Virus record (IMG/VR): IMGVR_UViG_3300033121_001869
Location: 45,076 to 109,075 of that record
Source: a virus
Taxonomy: Duplodnaviria > Heunggongvirae > Uroviricota > Caudoviricetes
DNA length: 64,000 nucleotides
Strand: one strand, 5' to 3'
Below, piece by piece: positions 20,130 through 30,615 of this stretch. The notes below the pieces were generated by a model. The model searched no databases. It saw nothing but the letters and a program-made list of their open reading frames with translations, and was not told the origin of the DNA. Both the position numbers and the translations under genes were made by a program. Within the stretch, counting starts at the first letter, position 1; the number at the start of each line of letters is the position of its first letter.

Positions 20130-22141
20130 AAATAGCACATAAAATAGATTCAATTGTGAAAAGTATCTCATCAGAGATACCAGGTGGAAATAAATTCTTC
20201 GATAAAATAGACGATGCTATAAAGAAAAATGAAAATCAGGATATAATAATTGAACTCTTCAATCAAATCTATAATGATTTTAATTTTAATTTTAACATGA
20301 TAATTAGTGGAGGATTTGGTGATTTGGTTATGTATTTATTAAAATCAAAAAAAATTATTTGCCATGGATCAATTTTACAAGTCGCTGGTGGTATAACATC
20401 ACATTTTGGTAATATGAATTCTGCACAAATAAATAATGCTAAAATAGAAAAGGTTGTTGGGGATATTTATAATAAAGATTTTATATTTATAGATGATTCA
20501 TATTATTCAGGAACAACAAAAATATCTATTGATAATTTTCTAAAAAAATTCTTCTCATCTAAAATTATTAAAACATATGTTATTTATGATGGAAATGATA
20601 CAAAATCAAAAGATAGAATATCATTATACAATTACTATGATTGGAATCGCGGGTCTAAAAGAAAACTAACTGAACTTTATGATGAATTATATAAATATAA
20701 TGATATACCCTATGATATTTTTGAAAAAGATATTTTAAATGGAAAAATATCAAGCGTAATTGAATTAAGAAAGAAAATCAACGATTTCAAAATTAAATCA
20801 AATCAATCAGAGATAGACATACACCATCGAATCAGAGAAAAAAAATCTACAAAAAGATTTAAAAAAATAATATATAATGTGATGTTAAAATATTCAAATT
20901 TCTTATTAGAGCAAAAAATATGTTCTCTTATTTTAGAGAGTAAAGTCGAATTCTCAAAAAACTTTAGGGGTATATTATCAAACATGCAGAATCCAATAGC
21001 ATCTTCGATCTTATCACTACAAGATCAAGATAAAGAAGTTACGCAGAACTATATTGATTCAGATTTAAAATCAATAGACATGGTAACATTTATACAAGAT
21101 AGAAGAGCTAAGCAATTAACAAAAGATAAAGAAGACAACTTTAAGATAATTAGAGATCAGCACTTAAAAATAAGTGACTTTCAAACTGAGGATGGTGAGC
21201 GCCAAAATACAGAAATATACCGATTGTTAGGACTAGATATTAAGAAAGCCAATAGGGCTGAAACTGGAACAGAAGTCAAAATACTTAATAGAATTGTATC
21301 ACCATTTAACAATACCAAAACATATTGTTCTTATATATCTGTAGATTCTAAATATAATGGAGTTATAAATATAGAAGCTTTGGAACCATCAAACGATGTA
21401 TATAAACAACTATGGTCAACTTCACGAAATTCAATGAGGATAGGAAGACTTATCAGAGCTTTAATACCATTCACTGGGAAGAAATTTACAGATTCAGAAA
21501 TTGAAAAATTTGTAAATGAATATAAATCAGTCGTTAATATAATGAATGATGCTTTTTTAAAATTTGATATTGTTAGCGGAAGAGATATTATTCATTTTTA
21601 TAATATTGATAATTATGCTAAGGAAGAAGGAACTTTAGGAAGTTCTTGTATGGCAGATGTGCCAGATTCATATCTCTATATCTATGGTAGTAACCCAGAA
21701 GTTTGTAACTTAGTAATACTATATGATGAAGCAGGAAGTCTGAAAGATGGTAAATATAAATCTAACAAAATAATAGGAAGAGCTTTACTTTGGACGACTA
21801 CAACAGGTGATATGTTTATGGATAGAATCTACACAGTGAATCAGAGTGATGAGGAATTATTTAAAAAATTTGCAGCGAAAAATGGCTGGTGGTGTAAAAA
21901 ATACCAAAACTCTAGCAATTCATTTACTGCTGAGAGAGGTTCAGAAAGTAAAACCCCAGGATATATAGTTAAATTAAAAAATTGGGATGACGAATTCCCA
22001 TACTTAGATACTCTTTGTTATTTAAATGATGAAGAGGGTAAAATTAGCAATAAAGGTTCTTTAATAAGCGCCAATAGAATTTGCAATGATACAGACGGTA
22101 GTACTCAACCAGTCGATGAAGATGAGTATGATGAAGATTGA
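20126..22141 (+). CDS. apparent fusion: phosphoribosyltransferase-like protein (about 20126-20870) plus a tagged hypothetical protein starting at 20882
   Basis: FIFIDDSYYSGTT PRPP-binding loop; internal TAATATATA then MLKYSNFLLE; an A7 instead of A8 at 20838-20845 would stop gene 1 at 20868-20870. Confidence 0.65.
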   Translation: MKIAHKIDSIVKSISSEIPGGNKFFDKIDDAIKKNENQDIIIELFNQIYNDFNFNFNMIISGGFGDLVMYLLKSKKIICHGSILQVAGGITSHFGNMNSAQINNAKIEKVVGDIYNKDFIFIDDSYYSGTTKISIDNFLKKFFSSKIIKTYVIYDGNDTKSKDRISLYNYYDWNRGSKRKLTELYDELYKYNDIPYDIFEKDILNGKISSVIELRKKINDFKIKSNQSEIDIHHRIREKKSTKRFKKIIYNVMLKYSNFLLEQKICSLILESKVEFSKNFRGILSNMQNPIASSILSLQDQDKEVTQNYIDSDLKSIDMVTFIQDRRAKQLTKDKEDNFKIIRDQHLKISDFQTEDGERQNTEIYRLLGLDIKKANRAETGTEVKILNRIVSPFNNTKTYCSYISVDSKYNGVINIEALEPSNDVYKQLWSTSRNSMRIGRLIRALIPFTGKKFTDSEIEKFVNEYKSVVNIMNDAFLKFDIVSGRDIIHFYNIDNYAKEEGTLGSSCMADVPDSYLYIYGSNPEVCNLVILYDEAGSLKDGKYKSNKIIGRALLWTTTTGDMFMDRIYTVNQSDEELFKKFAAKNGWWCKKYQNSSNSFTAERGSESKTPGYIVKLKNWDDEFPYLDTLCYLNDEEGKISNKGSLISANRICNDTDGSTQPVDEDEYDED

Positions 22142-22156
22142 TGATATACTATTTAA

Positions 22157-23128
22157 GTGAAACATTTAAGATCATATAAATTATTTGAATCTAACCAGAG
22201 CATCGATGATATCTGTAAAGAGTATAATATCGAAAATTATACCATAAATCCAGATGGATCAATTGACGTGGATGGTAATGTTAATCTAACAAGTAAAGGA
22301 TTAACCAAACTTCCTCTTAAATTCAATAAAGTCAGTGGTGATTTTTATTGCTTTTATAACCAATTAACCACACTAGAAGGATCTCCTAAAGAGGTTGGTG
22401 GTGGTTTTTTTTGTAATAACAATAAATTAACCACACTAGAAGGATGTCCCGAATCAGCGTATAAATTTTATTGTAATAATAATAAATTAACCACACTAGA
22501 AGGATGTCCCGAATCAGTTGGTGGTGATTTTCATTGTCATTATAACCAATTAACCACACTAAAAGGTGGTCCTAAATCTGTTGGTCGTAGTTTTCACTGT
22601 TATGGTAATCAACTAACCACACTAGAAGGCTGTCCCGAATCAGTTGGTGGTATTTTTTATTGTCAGTATAATAAATTAACCACACTAGAAGGCTGTCCTG
22701 AATCGATTAGTGGTAGTTTTTATTGTTATAGTAACCAATTAACCACATTAGAAGGTGGTCCTAAATCAGTAGATGGTCATTTTTATTGTCAGCATAATCA
22801 ATTAACCACACTAGAAGGCGGTCCTAAGTCTGTTGGCAGTTTTTTTAATTGTTCTGATAACCAATTAACCACACTAGAAGGTGGTCCTCAATCAGTTGGT
22901 GGTGTTTTTTATTGTGATGACAATCAAATTATAAATTTTAGGGGATTTCCTGAATTCTGGGAAGGTGATGTTAGTTTTGGTAATAATCCTGTTCAGAAAA
23001 TACTAAGTCAATTCCAAAAAGAATTGTGGGCGAAAGCCATTTATTGGATCAACGAATATGATGTCATTGATGAAGATGGTAATGTTAACGAAGATAGACT
23101 AGATGAAGTTAAATATAAACTTAATTAA
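22157..23128 (+). CDS. leucine-rich repeat protein, N-terminal tag
   Basis: about ten 22-aa repeats F.C..N.LTTLEG.P.SV.G. Confidence 0.9.
   Translation: MKHLRSYKLFESNQSIDDICKEYNIENYTINPDGSIDVDGNVNLTSKGLTKLPLKFNKVSGDFYCFYNQLTTLEGSPKEVGGGFFCNNNKLTTLEGCPESAYKFYCNNNKLTTLEGCPESVGGDFHCHYNQLTTLKGGPKSVGRSFHCYGNQLTTLEGCPESVGGIFYCQYNKLTTLEGCPESISGSFYCYSNQLTTLEGGPKSVDGHFYCQHNQLTTLEGGPKSVGSFFNCSDNQLTTLEGGPQSVGGVFYCDDNQIINFRGFPEFWEGDVSFGNNPVQKILSQFQKELWAKAIYWINEYDVIDEDGNVNEDRLDEVKYKLN
22380..22925 (+). repeat. 66-bp coding tandem repeat (LRR units)
   Basis: recurring aattaaccacactagaagg core every 66 nt. Confidence 0.9.
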
Positions 23129-23167
23129 AATAAAAAAGATCTCAAAAATGAGATCTTTTTTATTTTA
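23126..23167. terminator. bidirectional terminator between convergent LRR gene and dnaK
   Basis: taaaataaaaaagatctca-aaaa-tgagatcttttttatttta. Confidence 0.85.
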
Positions 23168-23186
23168 ATTAAATTTATAACTTAGG

Positions 23187-25061
23187 TTATTTAACCTCTT
23201 CATAGGCAACATCCTCTGGCTCAGAAGAATTCTGTTCTGTATTTGGAGGTGTTTGAGTCTGAGAATATATCTCTGTACTTATTTTACTCCAAGTTGAGTT
23301 TAATTCATTAAGCTTAGAATCTATTTGATCTACATCCCCGGATTTATGAGCCGTTCTTAGTCCATCCAATACAGATTCTAACTCGGACTTATTTGTATCG
23401 GATAATTTATCGCCAAACTCTTTTATTTGTCTTTCAGTTTGGAAAATCATATTATCAGCCAAATTCATTTTATCGACTCTCTCCTTTTCCTTCTTATCAG
23501 ATTCAGCATTAGCCTCAGCTTCAGCTTTCATCTTTTCAATTTCCTCTTTAGAAAGTTGAGAACCACCCTCTATCCTAATCTTATTCTCTTTACCAGTAGC
23601 CTTATCTTTTGCGGTTACAGATAATACACCGTTGGCGTCGATATCTAAAGTAACCTCAATTTGAGGAACTCCTCTAGGAGCCGGCATAATTCCATCTAAA
23701 TGGAATCTACCTAGTGATCTATTGTCTTTAGCCATAGGTCTCTCACCTTGAAGGACGTGTATCTCTACTGATGCCTGGTTATCAGATGCTGTTGAGAATG
23801 TTTCAGATTTCTTTGTAGGTATTGTAGTATTTGCCTCAATCAGTTTGGTAAATACAGAACCCATTGTTTCAATACCTAAAGATAAAGGAGTTACATCTAG
23901 TAATAAAACATCTGTTATGTTGCCAGTCAACACAGCTCCTTGAATAGCAGCTCCAATAGCTACAACTTCATCTGGATTTACTGATTTATTTGGCTTTTTA
24001 CCAAATGTTTTTTCAATAGCTTCTTGAATAGAAGGTATACGTGTTGAACCACCAACCAATATAATCTCATCAATATCTGATGCTTTTAAATTGGATTTTT
24101 TAAGGGCTGTCAATGCACAATCGATTGTTCTCTTAACCAAATGTGATGTCATTTGATCAAATTTCGATCTTGTTAATGATTTAACAAAATGTAAAGGAAC
24201 ACCATCTTGTGCGGTTATATAAGGTAAGTTAATATCACTTTGTACCGTAGATGATAATTCAATTTTTGCTTTCTCAGCAGCATCTTTTAACCTTTGAAGT
24301 GCCATAACATCCTTACTCAAATCAATATTATGCTCGGATTTAAACTCCAGCACCATCCAATCAATGATAACATTATCAAAATCATCACCACCAAGGTGAA
24401 CATCACCATCAGTAGATTTAACTTCAAATACACCATCACCAATTTCTAAAACTGAAACGTCATGTGTTCCACCACCACAGTCAAATACTAAAATCTTAGA
24501 ATCTTTTTCTTTTTTATCCAAACCATAAGCTAAAGCTGCTGCGGTTGGCTCATTAATAATACGTTCAACTTTCAATCCCGCAATCTCACCAGCCTCAATA
24601 GTAGCTGTTCTTTCAGCATCACCAAAATAAGCTGGGACAGTTATAACTGCTCTTTTAACCTCATACCCAAGATAGTCTTCAGCAGTTTTCTTCATTTTTT
24701 GAAGTATAATAGCAGAAATTTCTTGTGGTGTAAATTTTCTACCATCTATATCGACTGCGGGTATATTATTTCCAGCCTTTACAACTTTATAAGGAACTCT
24801 TTTAATCTCATCACTACAATTTGTATAATCTTTTCCTATAAATCTTTTTATAGAATAAACTGTTTTTGATGGATTTGTTACCGATTGTCTTTTAGCTGGA
24901 TCTCCAACCTTTCTATCAGTTCCAGTGAAACCAACAATTGAAGGTGTTGTTCTTTTACCTTCTGAGTTTGTAATTACAATAGGCTCTCCATTTTCTACAA
25001 TTGAAACTGCCGAATTTGTGGTTCCAAGATCCACACCAATAATAACATCTTTTTTTGCCAT
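23187..25061 (-). CDS. dnaK: chaperone DnaK (Hsp70)
   Basis: [48 protein letters not shown]. Confidence 0.98.
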   Translation of the reverse strand: MAKKDVIIGVDLGTTNSAVSIVENGEPIVITNSEGKRTTPSIVGFTGTDRKVGDPAKRQSVTNPSKTVYSIKRFIGKDYTNCSDEIKRVPYKVVKAGNNIPAVDIDGRKFTPQEISAIILQKMKKTAEDYLGYEVKRAVITVPAYFGDAERTATIEAGEIAGLKVERIINEPTAAALAYGLDKKEKDSKILVFDCGGGTHDVSVLEIGDGVFEVKSTDGDVHLGGDDFDNVIIDWMVLEFKSEHNIDLSKDVMALQRLKDAAEKAKIELSSTVQSDINLPYITAQDGVPLHFVKSLTRSKFDQMTSHLVKRTIDCALTALKKSNLKASDIDEIILVGGSTRIPSIQEAIEKTFGKKPNKSVNPDEVVAIGAAIQGAVLTGNITDVLLLDVTPLSLGIETMGSVFTKLIEANTTIPTKKSETFSTASDNQASVEIHVLQGERPMAKDNRSLGRFHLDGIMPAPRGVPQIEVTLDIDANGVLSVTAKDKATGKENKIRIEGGSQLSKEEIEKMKAEAEANAESDKKEKERVDKMNLADNMIFQTERQIKEFGDKLSDTNKSELESVLDGLRTAHKSGDVDQIDSKLNELNSTWSKISTEIYSQTQTPPNTEQNSSEPEDVAYEEVK

Positions 25062-25167
25062 GATAATTTTATTTTTTTATTTACTAATATCAAATATTGT
25101 GCCAAGTTTGATAGGTATCAACTTAGGAACGAATTAAATTATTATATATAATATAAATGAAAAGTTT

Positions 25168-26007
25168 ATGAGATATATCTATATTTTAATAGATCCAGAA
25201 AATAAAAACATAGGATATGTTGGGCAGACAAATAACCTAAAAAGGAGATATAATACACATCTAACAAAATGCATGATAGAATCAGACTGTGAATATCAGA
25301 CATATAAATCAAGATGGTTGAGAAAATTAATATCAAATGGATTAAAGCCAATAATAGAAGTATTAGATTTTTGTGAAAATTTAGAGCAATCTAATGAAAA
25401 AGAAAAATTTTGGATTGACAAAATGTCACAAAATGGATTTGAATTGACAAATTCACATCGAACAGATGTGACTGAATTTTCACTAATAACAAGACAAAAA
25501 ATGTCTAGTATTAGAAAAGGTAAAAAACTTGAAGAGATTATTGGAAAAGAAAAAGCAGAAAAACTTAAAATTTATAATTCAGAAAGAATAAAATTAAATA
25601 ATCCAAACAAATCCAACGATCCTTTAGTTAAAGCAAAAATTAGCAAGTCTCTAAAAAAGTATTTTTTAAATTCAGAAAATCATTGGGCACATGGGAAAAA
25701 AATGAATGAAGATCATATAGAAAAATTAAGAAAATCCAAAATTGGAAATCCAAAAAATGTCGGTAATAAAAATCCAAGAACAGACGAACAAAAACAAAAA
25801 ATTAGGGATAAAATTCTCGGAACAAAAGTAGAAAGACATATTATATTACAATTAGATATAGAGAATAATTTAATTAAAGAGTGGAAAAGTATGAGAGAAA
25901 TAGAACGAAAGACTGACTTCTCAAGACTACAAATTTCAAGGTGTTGTAAAGGTTTAAAAAAATATCATGGTGGATTTATTTGGAAATACAAGCCTCAACC
26001 TCTATAA
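25168..26007 (+). CDS. GIY-YIG homing endonuclease with NUMOD tail
   Basis: YIYILIDP...YVGQTNN...R, EKFWI, C-terminal GFIWKYK. Confidence 0.85.
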   Translation: MRYIYILIDPENKNIGYVGQTNNLKRRYNTHLTKCMIESDCEYQTYKSRWLRKLISNGLKPIIEVLDFCENLEQSNEKEKFWIDKMSQNGFELTNSHRTDVTEFSLITRQKMSSIRKGKKLEEIIGKEKAEKLKIYNSERIKLNNPNKSNDPLVKAKISKSLKKYFLNSENHWAHGKKMNEDHIEKLRKSKIGNPKNVGNKNPRTDEQKQKIRDKILGTKVERHIILQLDIENNLIKEWKSMREIERKTDFSRLQISRCCKGLKKYHGGFIWKYKPQPL

Positions 26008-26019
26008 AATATAAAAATT

Positions 26020-26839
26020 CTAATCTATTTGATTAGCAAGAGATACGTGTAACATATTATTATAAGGTCTGATACTGACAGTTAGAAAAAATCCTTCCAG
26101 TCTTTTAGATAATTTCTTAGCATCATTAAAAATCTCATCCGAAAACTGTTTTTTTTGAGGATTCTATTCCAGTATATGTATATTCGCGTGTATGTGAATT
26201 CCAATCTGTCGATATTTTTAATTCACTATCATCACGAATTAAAAATCCTAGCTGAATTCCTCTAAATAATTCTACATAAGATAGATAAACATTTAAACCA
26301 TGATCATCTGCAAAATCGGTAATTAAGGCATCGATTTCACTATAAACCTCAAAATTATGATCTACAAAACATGTTTTCCAAATCCAATGCAAATCACTTA
26401 AATCCACATCCAATTCTCTCAATTGATTCACTAGTTTATATTCCTCTTTAGTTCCTTTGCGATTAAAAATATCATCCCATCTTCCTTCCAATTGAGTTCT
26501 AATATCTTTTTTCTTTTTTTGTTTTTCATCGAGGTATTTAACAAGATCATTAGGATTTTTATAATCCTCCATGAATTTTAGAAGTTTTTTTAAATCTCTT
26601 CCATATCCAAATGGCACATAAGAAGAATTTATTTGGAAAATCTCAGCAGGTAATTTAGACATTTTCTCACCAACCGTTGATTTAAATTGATTCCAATATG
26701 AGTACATTTTTGGAATCCAAGTTCCATAATCATTTAGAGATTCATTCCATTTTCTATTTTTCTCCTCTATGAAGGTATCATATACAAAGTCGTGGAAAAG
26801 AATGTGGAGGTTCAAGAGATGATAACAATTGTTTTTCAT
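26020..26839 (-). CDS. hypothetical protein; track ends it at 26135 but a 1-nt change in the A8 run extends it to 26020; 5' end probably lost
   Basis: +1 frame reads QFSDEIFNDAKKLSKRLEGFFLTVSIRPYNNMLHVSLANQID* and fills the intergenic gap. Confidence 0.55.
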
Positions 26840-26888
26840 TTGAAATCAGAATATATGATTTAGACTTCCAAGCACCAAAATTTGAATA
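26763..26888 (+). pseudogene. 3' remnant of a paralog of the 26896-27621 gene
   Basis: reads RGKECGGSRDDNNCFSFEIRIYDLDFQAPKFE*, versus RGPNHFRKNCYEFEIRLIDLDFTPPPF. Confidence 0.6.
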
Positions 26889-26895
26889 AAAAAAA

Positions 26896-27621
26896 ATGAA
26901 ATGGATAAAAAAATATAAACATCTTAACTCCTTAAATGAATCAGGATACTATCCATATCATCATAAGTTAAGTGATACTGAAATTGAAAAAACGTATAAG
27001 TATTTCTTTTATCATGTATTTCCACAAGAAAGATATAAACTAATGAATGAAATTATAAAAGAATCAATTGAATACACCGATTTTATTGATTTCTACAATA
27101 AAGTAAATCATCCAGACCAATTCGTTATCCGACCACAATTATTAATAAATTACGCTAATTCATTTGCATCAATGACAAACATGTTTAAAGTTGAAGTTTT
27201 TGATAATAATCCAAACTATCAAAATGTTGCTAGAAACGGATGGGCACACATTCTAAAAGATAATTTTAATAATCTTTATACTAATAATGATGTATCCACC
27301 GGAAAAGAAAGACACGGTTATCCTTGTTACGAATACCGATTACAACTTACTATTACCGATCACTGGACAGAAGATGGAAAAAGAACTCCTATGAAAGAAT
27401 TAATAAACTCTTTTATGGAATCTACTGATGATGTCATCAAAACAAAAATTACTAAACTTATCAGAGATAATATAAAATTATTTGCTAAACACATGGATGT
27501 TGATGTAAATCTATTCATCTCTAAGAGAGGACCTAATCATTTTAGAAAAAATTGTTATGAATTTGAAATCCGACTGATTGATTTAGATTTTACCCCACCA
27601 CCTTTTAATATCATTAATTAA
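26896..27621 (+). CDS. hypothetical protein, N-terminal tag
   Basis: MKWIKKYKHLNSLNES. Confidence 0.7.
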   Translation: MKWIKKYKHLNSLNESGYYPYHHKLSDTEIEKTYKYFFYHVFPQERYKLMNEIIKESIEYTDFIDFYNKVNHPDQFVIRPQLLINYANSFASMTNMFKVEVFDNNPNYQNVARNGWAHILKDNFNNLYTNNDVSTGKERHGYPCYEYRLQLTITDHWTEDGKRTPMKELINSFMESTDDVIKTKITKLIRDNIKLFAKHMDVDVNLFISKRGPNHFRKNCYEFEIRLIDLDFTPPPFNIIN

Positions 27622-27639
27622 TATAAGATTGAGGAATAG

Positions 27640-27772
27640 CAATACAATATGAAATTCCAATTTGGGGTTCTCTGGGTTATTCAAGTTTTGTTCTTCTTTA
27701 TTCATTTTATTTTTAATTTAAAGTTTCTACTATTTAATCCCAAACTGGGTATATCTGCGAACCGTTATGTGT
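27640..27772 (-). mobile_element. degenerate attC-like site downstream of cassette gene
   Basis: ACACATAAC right after the stop codon; CCCAGTTTGGG / CCCAAATTGG inverted arms; far end decayed. Confidence 0.5.
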
Positions 27773-27781
27773 AATAAAAAA

Positions 27782-28324
27782 TTAAAATTGATTTTTAATT
27801 ACTATGATAATTTCTCTATTATTATATTTTGTTCTCGCAATAGCTTTTGATATATCTACCTTTTCACTATCCGTGAAATATTGCCCCCATATATAATCAA
27901 ATTTATTTTTAAACTTATTAAAATATATATTTATATCGTCATTACCGATAAAAGTTACCAATTCTACACCATTACCAAGATTTAATATACTATCATAATT
28001 ATACCCGTTTAGAAATTCTAATTCAGTATTATCTTCGTACCATTCTAATTCATCTTTTAATATATTATTTGATGTTAAGAAAATTGAAGTTATGTTACCA
28101 TTATCATTTTTATTATAAAAAGAATTTTCAAAATTTGTTACTTCGAGTGTATATTTATCAGATTGTGATTTATCAGAATAAATATGTTTCATATTTTGAT
28201 ACTTAAAATATAAAATGTCATCAATTATTACATCATTAACCTTACTGATTAAAGACTCGTTAAGTTCATCAAATCTTTTAATATGTTTCATAATAAGTTT
28301 TAATTTTTTTACTACACATAACAA
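27782..28324 (-). CDS. cassette-borne hypothetical protein, N-terminal tag (probable start 28291, MKHIKRFDELNES)
   Basis: ORF bounded by two attC-like sites. Confidence 0.7.
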   Translation of the reverse strand: MLCVVKKLKLIMKHIKRFDELNESLISKVNDVIIDDILYFKYQNMKHIYSDKSQSDKYTLEVTNFENSFYNKNDNGNITSIFLTSNNILKDELEWYEDNTELEFLNGYNYDSILNLGNGVELVTFIGNDDINIYFNKFKNKFDYIWGQYFTDSEKVDISKAIARTKYNNREIIIVIKNQF

Positions 28325-28404
28325 GGTGTATATGTAAGTTTTTTATTTAGTTTTTAGTATATATTAAAAATGAAAACCTAAATATATCTGTGACCGTTAT
28401 AAAA
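28314..28404 (-). mobile_element. attC-like recombination site
   Basis: TTTTATAAC ... GTTATGTGT ends, imperfect internal inverted repeat (TATATTTAGGTTTT / AAAACTTACATATA), TAATATATA in the loop. Confidence 0.6.
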
Positions 28405-28534
28405 CATAAAAATTATTTACTTAAATCATTATCGTTAAATAATTCTTTTAATCTAACTTTTAGTTTATCAAAAAATTGTTCTTTACCCATGATATCTGCT
28501 CCGCAAAATGGGTCATCAGTTTCACCATATATTA

Positions 28535-28675
28535 ATGAGATATGAGGGATTTACCCCACAAGAAAGACAAGATGAGATTTTAGATAAGATCTCAAAGTAT
28601 GGTATTAGTTCAATAACAGAAGATGAGATCAATTTTTTAAATTCATTTGCTCTTGGTAATCATTATGCTCCTTAA
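28535..28675 (+). CDS. 46-aa DUF6576-like protein, possibly truncated (not in track)
   Basis: DEILDKISKYGISSITEDEINFL matches the C-terminus of 12275-12988. Confidence 0.55.
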   Translation: MRYEGFTPQERQDEILDKISKYGISSITEDEINFLNSFALGNHYAP

Positions 28676-28694
28676 AAAGTCTAATATATTTCAT
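28629..28694 (-). pseudogene. 5' remnant of a tagged gene (MKYIRLFKEHNDYQEQMNLKN*)
   Basis: TAATATATA at 28700-28708 plus tag, stop after 21 codons. Confidence 0.45.
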
Positions 28695-28698
28695 TTTA

Positions 28699-29217
28699 TT
28701 ATATATTATAACGCAACTTCAAATTACTTATTGCAATACTAAAGTTAATTGTTTTACTCTTGGTTATCAAATATGGATGTTGATATTCTTCATTGGAATG
28801 CTTTCGAGTTGGATTTCCATTTTTAGAAAATTGTTCTAAATACTTAGATGTTGTTGTTACATTTAATTGGTCAACTCGACAGTCCGTATTTGATAATCTA
28901 TCTTTTAATGATTTCAAAGATTCTATTAAATAATTATCATCATAATCAGATGATATAGATTCCGATATAGAATATTGAATTGTAGGTATCTCTTGATCTA
29001 TCTTTTCTTTTACCCACATTTTAAATTCTTGTAAATTACCAGCTCTCACATTGGCGTTATAATTATAAGATCCACATCGTATAATACACCTGCAATTTAT
29101 TCCATATTTTTCATCGATATCATCGATAAAGTCTTGAATATAATCAATATCATCAAAAATATTTTGATTAATATCGAAGAAAGAATTAGTTTCAAATATT
29201 TTTTTTAAATATTTCAT
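28699..29217 (-). CDS. hypothetical protein, N-terminal tag
   Basis: MKYLKKIFE. Confidence 0.65.
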   Translation of the reverse strand: MKYLKKIFETNSFFDINQNIFDDIDYIQDFIDDIDEKYGINCRCIIRCGSYNYNANVRAGNLQEFKMWVKEKIDQEIPTIQYSISESISSDYDDNYLIESLKSLKDRLSNTDCRVDQLNVTTTSKYLEQFSKNGNPTRKHSNEEYQHPYLITKSKTINFSIAISNLKLRYNI

Positions 29218-29219
29218 TT

Positions 29220-30482
29220 TTAATTATCATCATCATTTTCATCAGGCTCTTGAAAAAATAAACTAGGATCTCTTCGTTTAAGAAATTCTCTAGCTATTAT
29301 TAATTTACAAGTGTTGTCCTTAACCCAATTTTTAGCCAACTCATATGGATCAACTCCCTTTTCCATTTGCATAACATATCCAAAATTCGGTTCTTTTTTA
29401 TAGTATTTTATAGCATAGGATTTTCTATCTCGACCCATTTGTAAAAAAACATCGTATGATTTTTTCAATTCCTGTACCTTCTTATCTAATGTTTCTCTAA
29501 TAATATGTATTATTTTATTAATACGATTATGCGCATCAACTTCATCTTCTGGTATTTGTCCTAATATATCATCAATTTTATCTTCTAAAATATACTTAAT
29601 AATTATATGCTCACGATATATATCATTTGTTAGTAATCCATGTCTTTCACAATACCATGGTGTTTTTATTTTAAAAAAGAAATCTTTTCCAACACTATCG
29701 ACCGCCTGTACAATAACTCCCTCTTTGTCTACCTGTTTAGCAATAACTTCAATTAAAGTATCAAGATCCATCATATCATCCTCAAACGGAGCCATTCTAA
29801 TGGTATCAATCTTATCTAGATGATCTTTCATATCAATATGCTTTCCGGTGATTGAATCCCTCATTCTCAAAAGTATTAAATCCTCCTTAAGATATTTTAA
29901 AACAATTCTATTAGAAGGTGATACATACTCAAATATTGGTATTATATTATTCTCAATACACCAATTAACAAAATTGTAAATATCTTCTCTTGTTTTATAA
30001 ATTCGATTTATACCATTAGCTTGTTCATTATCAAATCCCATTTTTGATTTTCCAATTATTCTACCATTTGGTAATTGTATAAAAGAAGCTATTGATCCAT
30101 CCTCTTTATTATTAATAAATTTTATTTTGTAATCTTTAACGACAGAATACATTGTCTCAGGAACTTGATTTATATTAAAAAATTTCTCAAGTAAAATAAA
30201 TCTTTTGAATAATGTCCCGTCTGTATTAAACACAAAGGTTAATCCTCTCATTTCATAGGCTTTAACATCTGGCCTATTTTCAATAGGAGTTACAAAATCT
30301 TTATATTGTGCTAATCGATAATTAAATACAGATATATTAAATCCATCAATGATAAATTTCGACTCATAAAAGGCAGAATCATCTCTAGAACACATCTCAA
30401 CACAATCCTCATAGGTTGGTATAAAGTGACTTCCGTCTGTTTTACTTTCTTTTATAAAGTCTTTGTATTTAAATAATCTCAC
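29220..30482 (-). CDS. rnlA: T4 Rnl1-like RNA ligase
   Basis: KEDGS motif I, EMRGLTF, LEKFFNIN, FEYVSP.NRIV, EGVIV, FKIKTPWY. Confidence 0.9.
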   Translation of the reverse strand: MRLFKYKDFIKESKTDGSHFIPTYEDCVEMCSRDDSAFYESKFIIDGFNISVFNYRLAQYKDFVTPIENRPDVKAYEMRGLTFVFNTDGTLFKRFILLEKFFNINQVPETMYSVVKDYKIKFINNKEDGSIASFIQLPNGRIIGKSKMGFDNEQANGINRIYKTREDIYNFVNWCIENNIIPIFEYVSPSNRIVLKYLKEDLILLRMRDSITGKHIDMKDHLDKIDTIRMAPFEDDMMDLDTLIEVIAKQVDKEGVIVQAVDSVGKDFFFKIKTPWYCERHGLLTNDIYREHIIIKYILEDKIDDILGQIPEDEVDAHNRINKIIHIIRETLDKKVQELKKSYDVFLQMGRDRKSYAIKYYKKEPNFGYVMQMEKGVDPYELAKNWVKDNTCKLIIAREFLKRRDPSLFFQEPDENDDDN

Positions 30483-30519
30483 TTTCTATATATTATTGTG
30501 CAAATATAATATATAAATT

Positions 30520-30615
30520 ATGAAATACCTAAGTCTCTTTGAATCATACACTTCTATAACTGATGGACATTTCAAATCAAAAGAAATAATTTCTAAATGC
30601 GAAGGAAAAGGGTAA
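30520..30615 (+). CDS. 31-aa tagged micro-ORF (not in track)
   Basis: TAATATATA at 30507-30515 then MKYLSLFES. Confidence 0.45.
   Translation: MKYLSLFESYTSITDGHFKSKEIISKCEGKG

Noticed and set aside
22380-22925. Regular repeats as a CRISPR array
   Set aside because: The 66-bp in-frame units encode LRRs, there are no unique spacers, and no cas genes are present
26010-26135. Intergenic stretch as a riboswitch or intron RNA
   Set aside because: Better explained as the frameshifted 3' end of the 26839 gene
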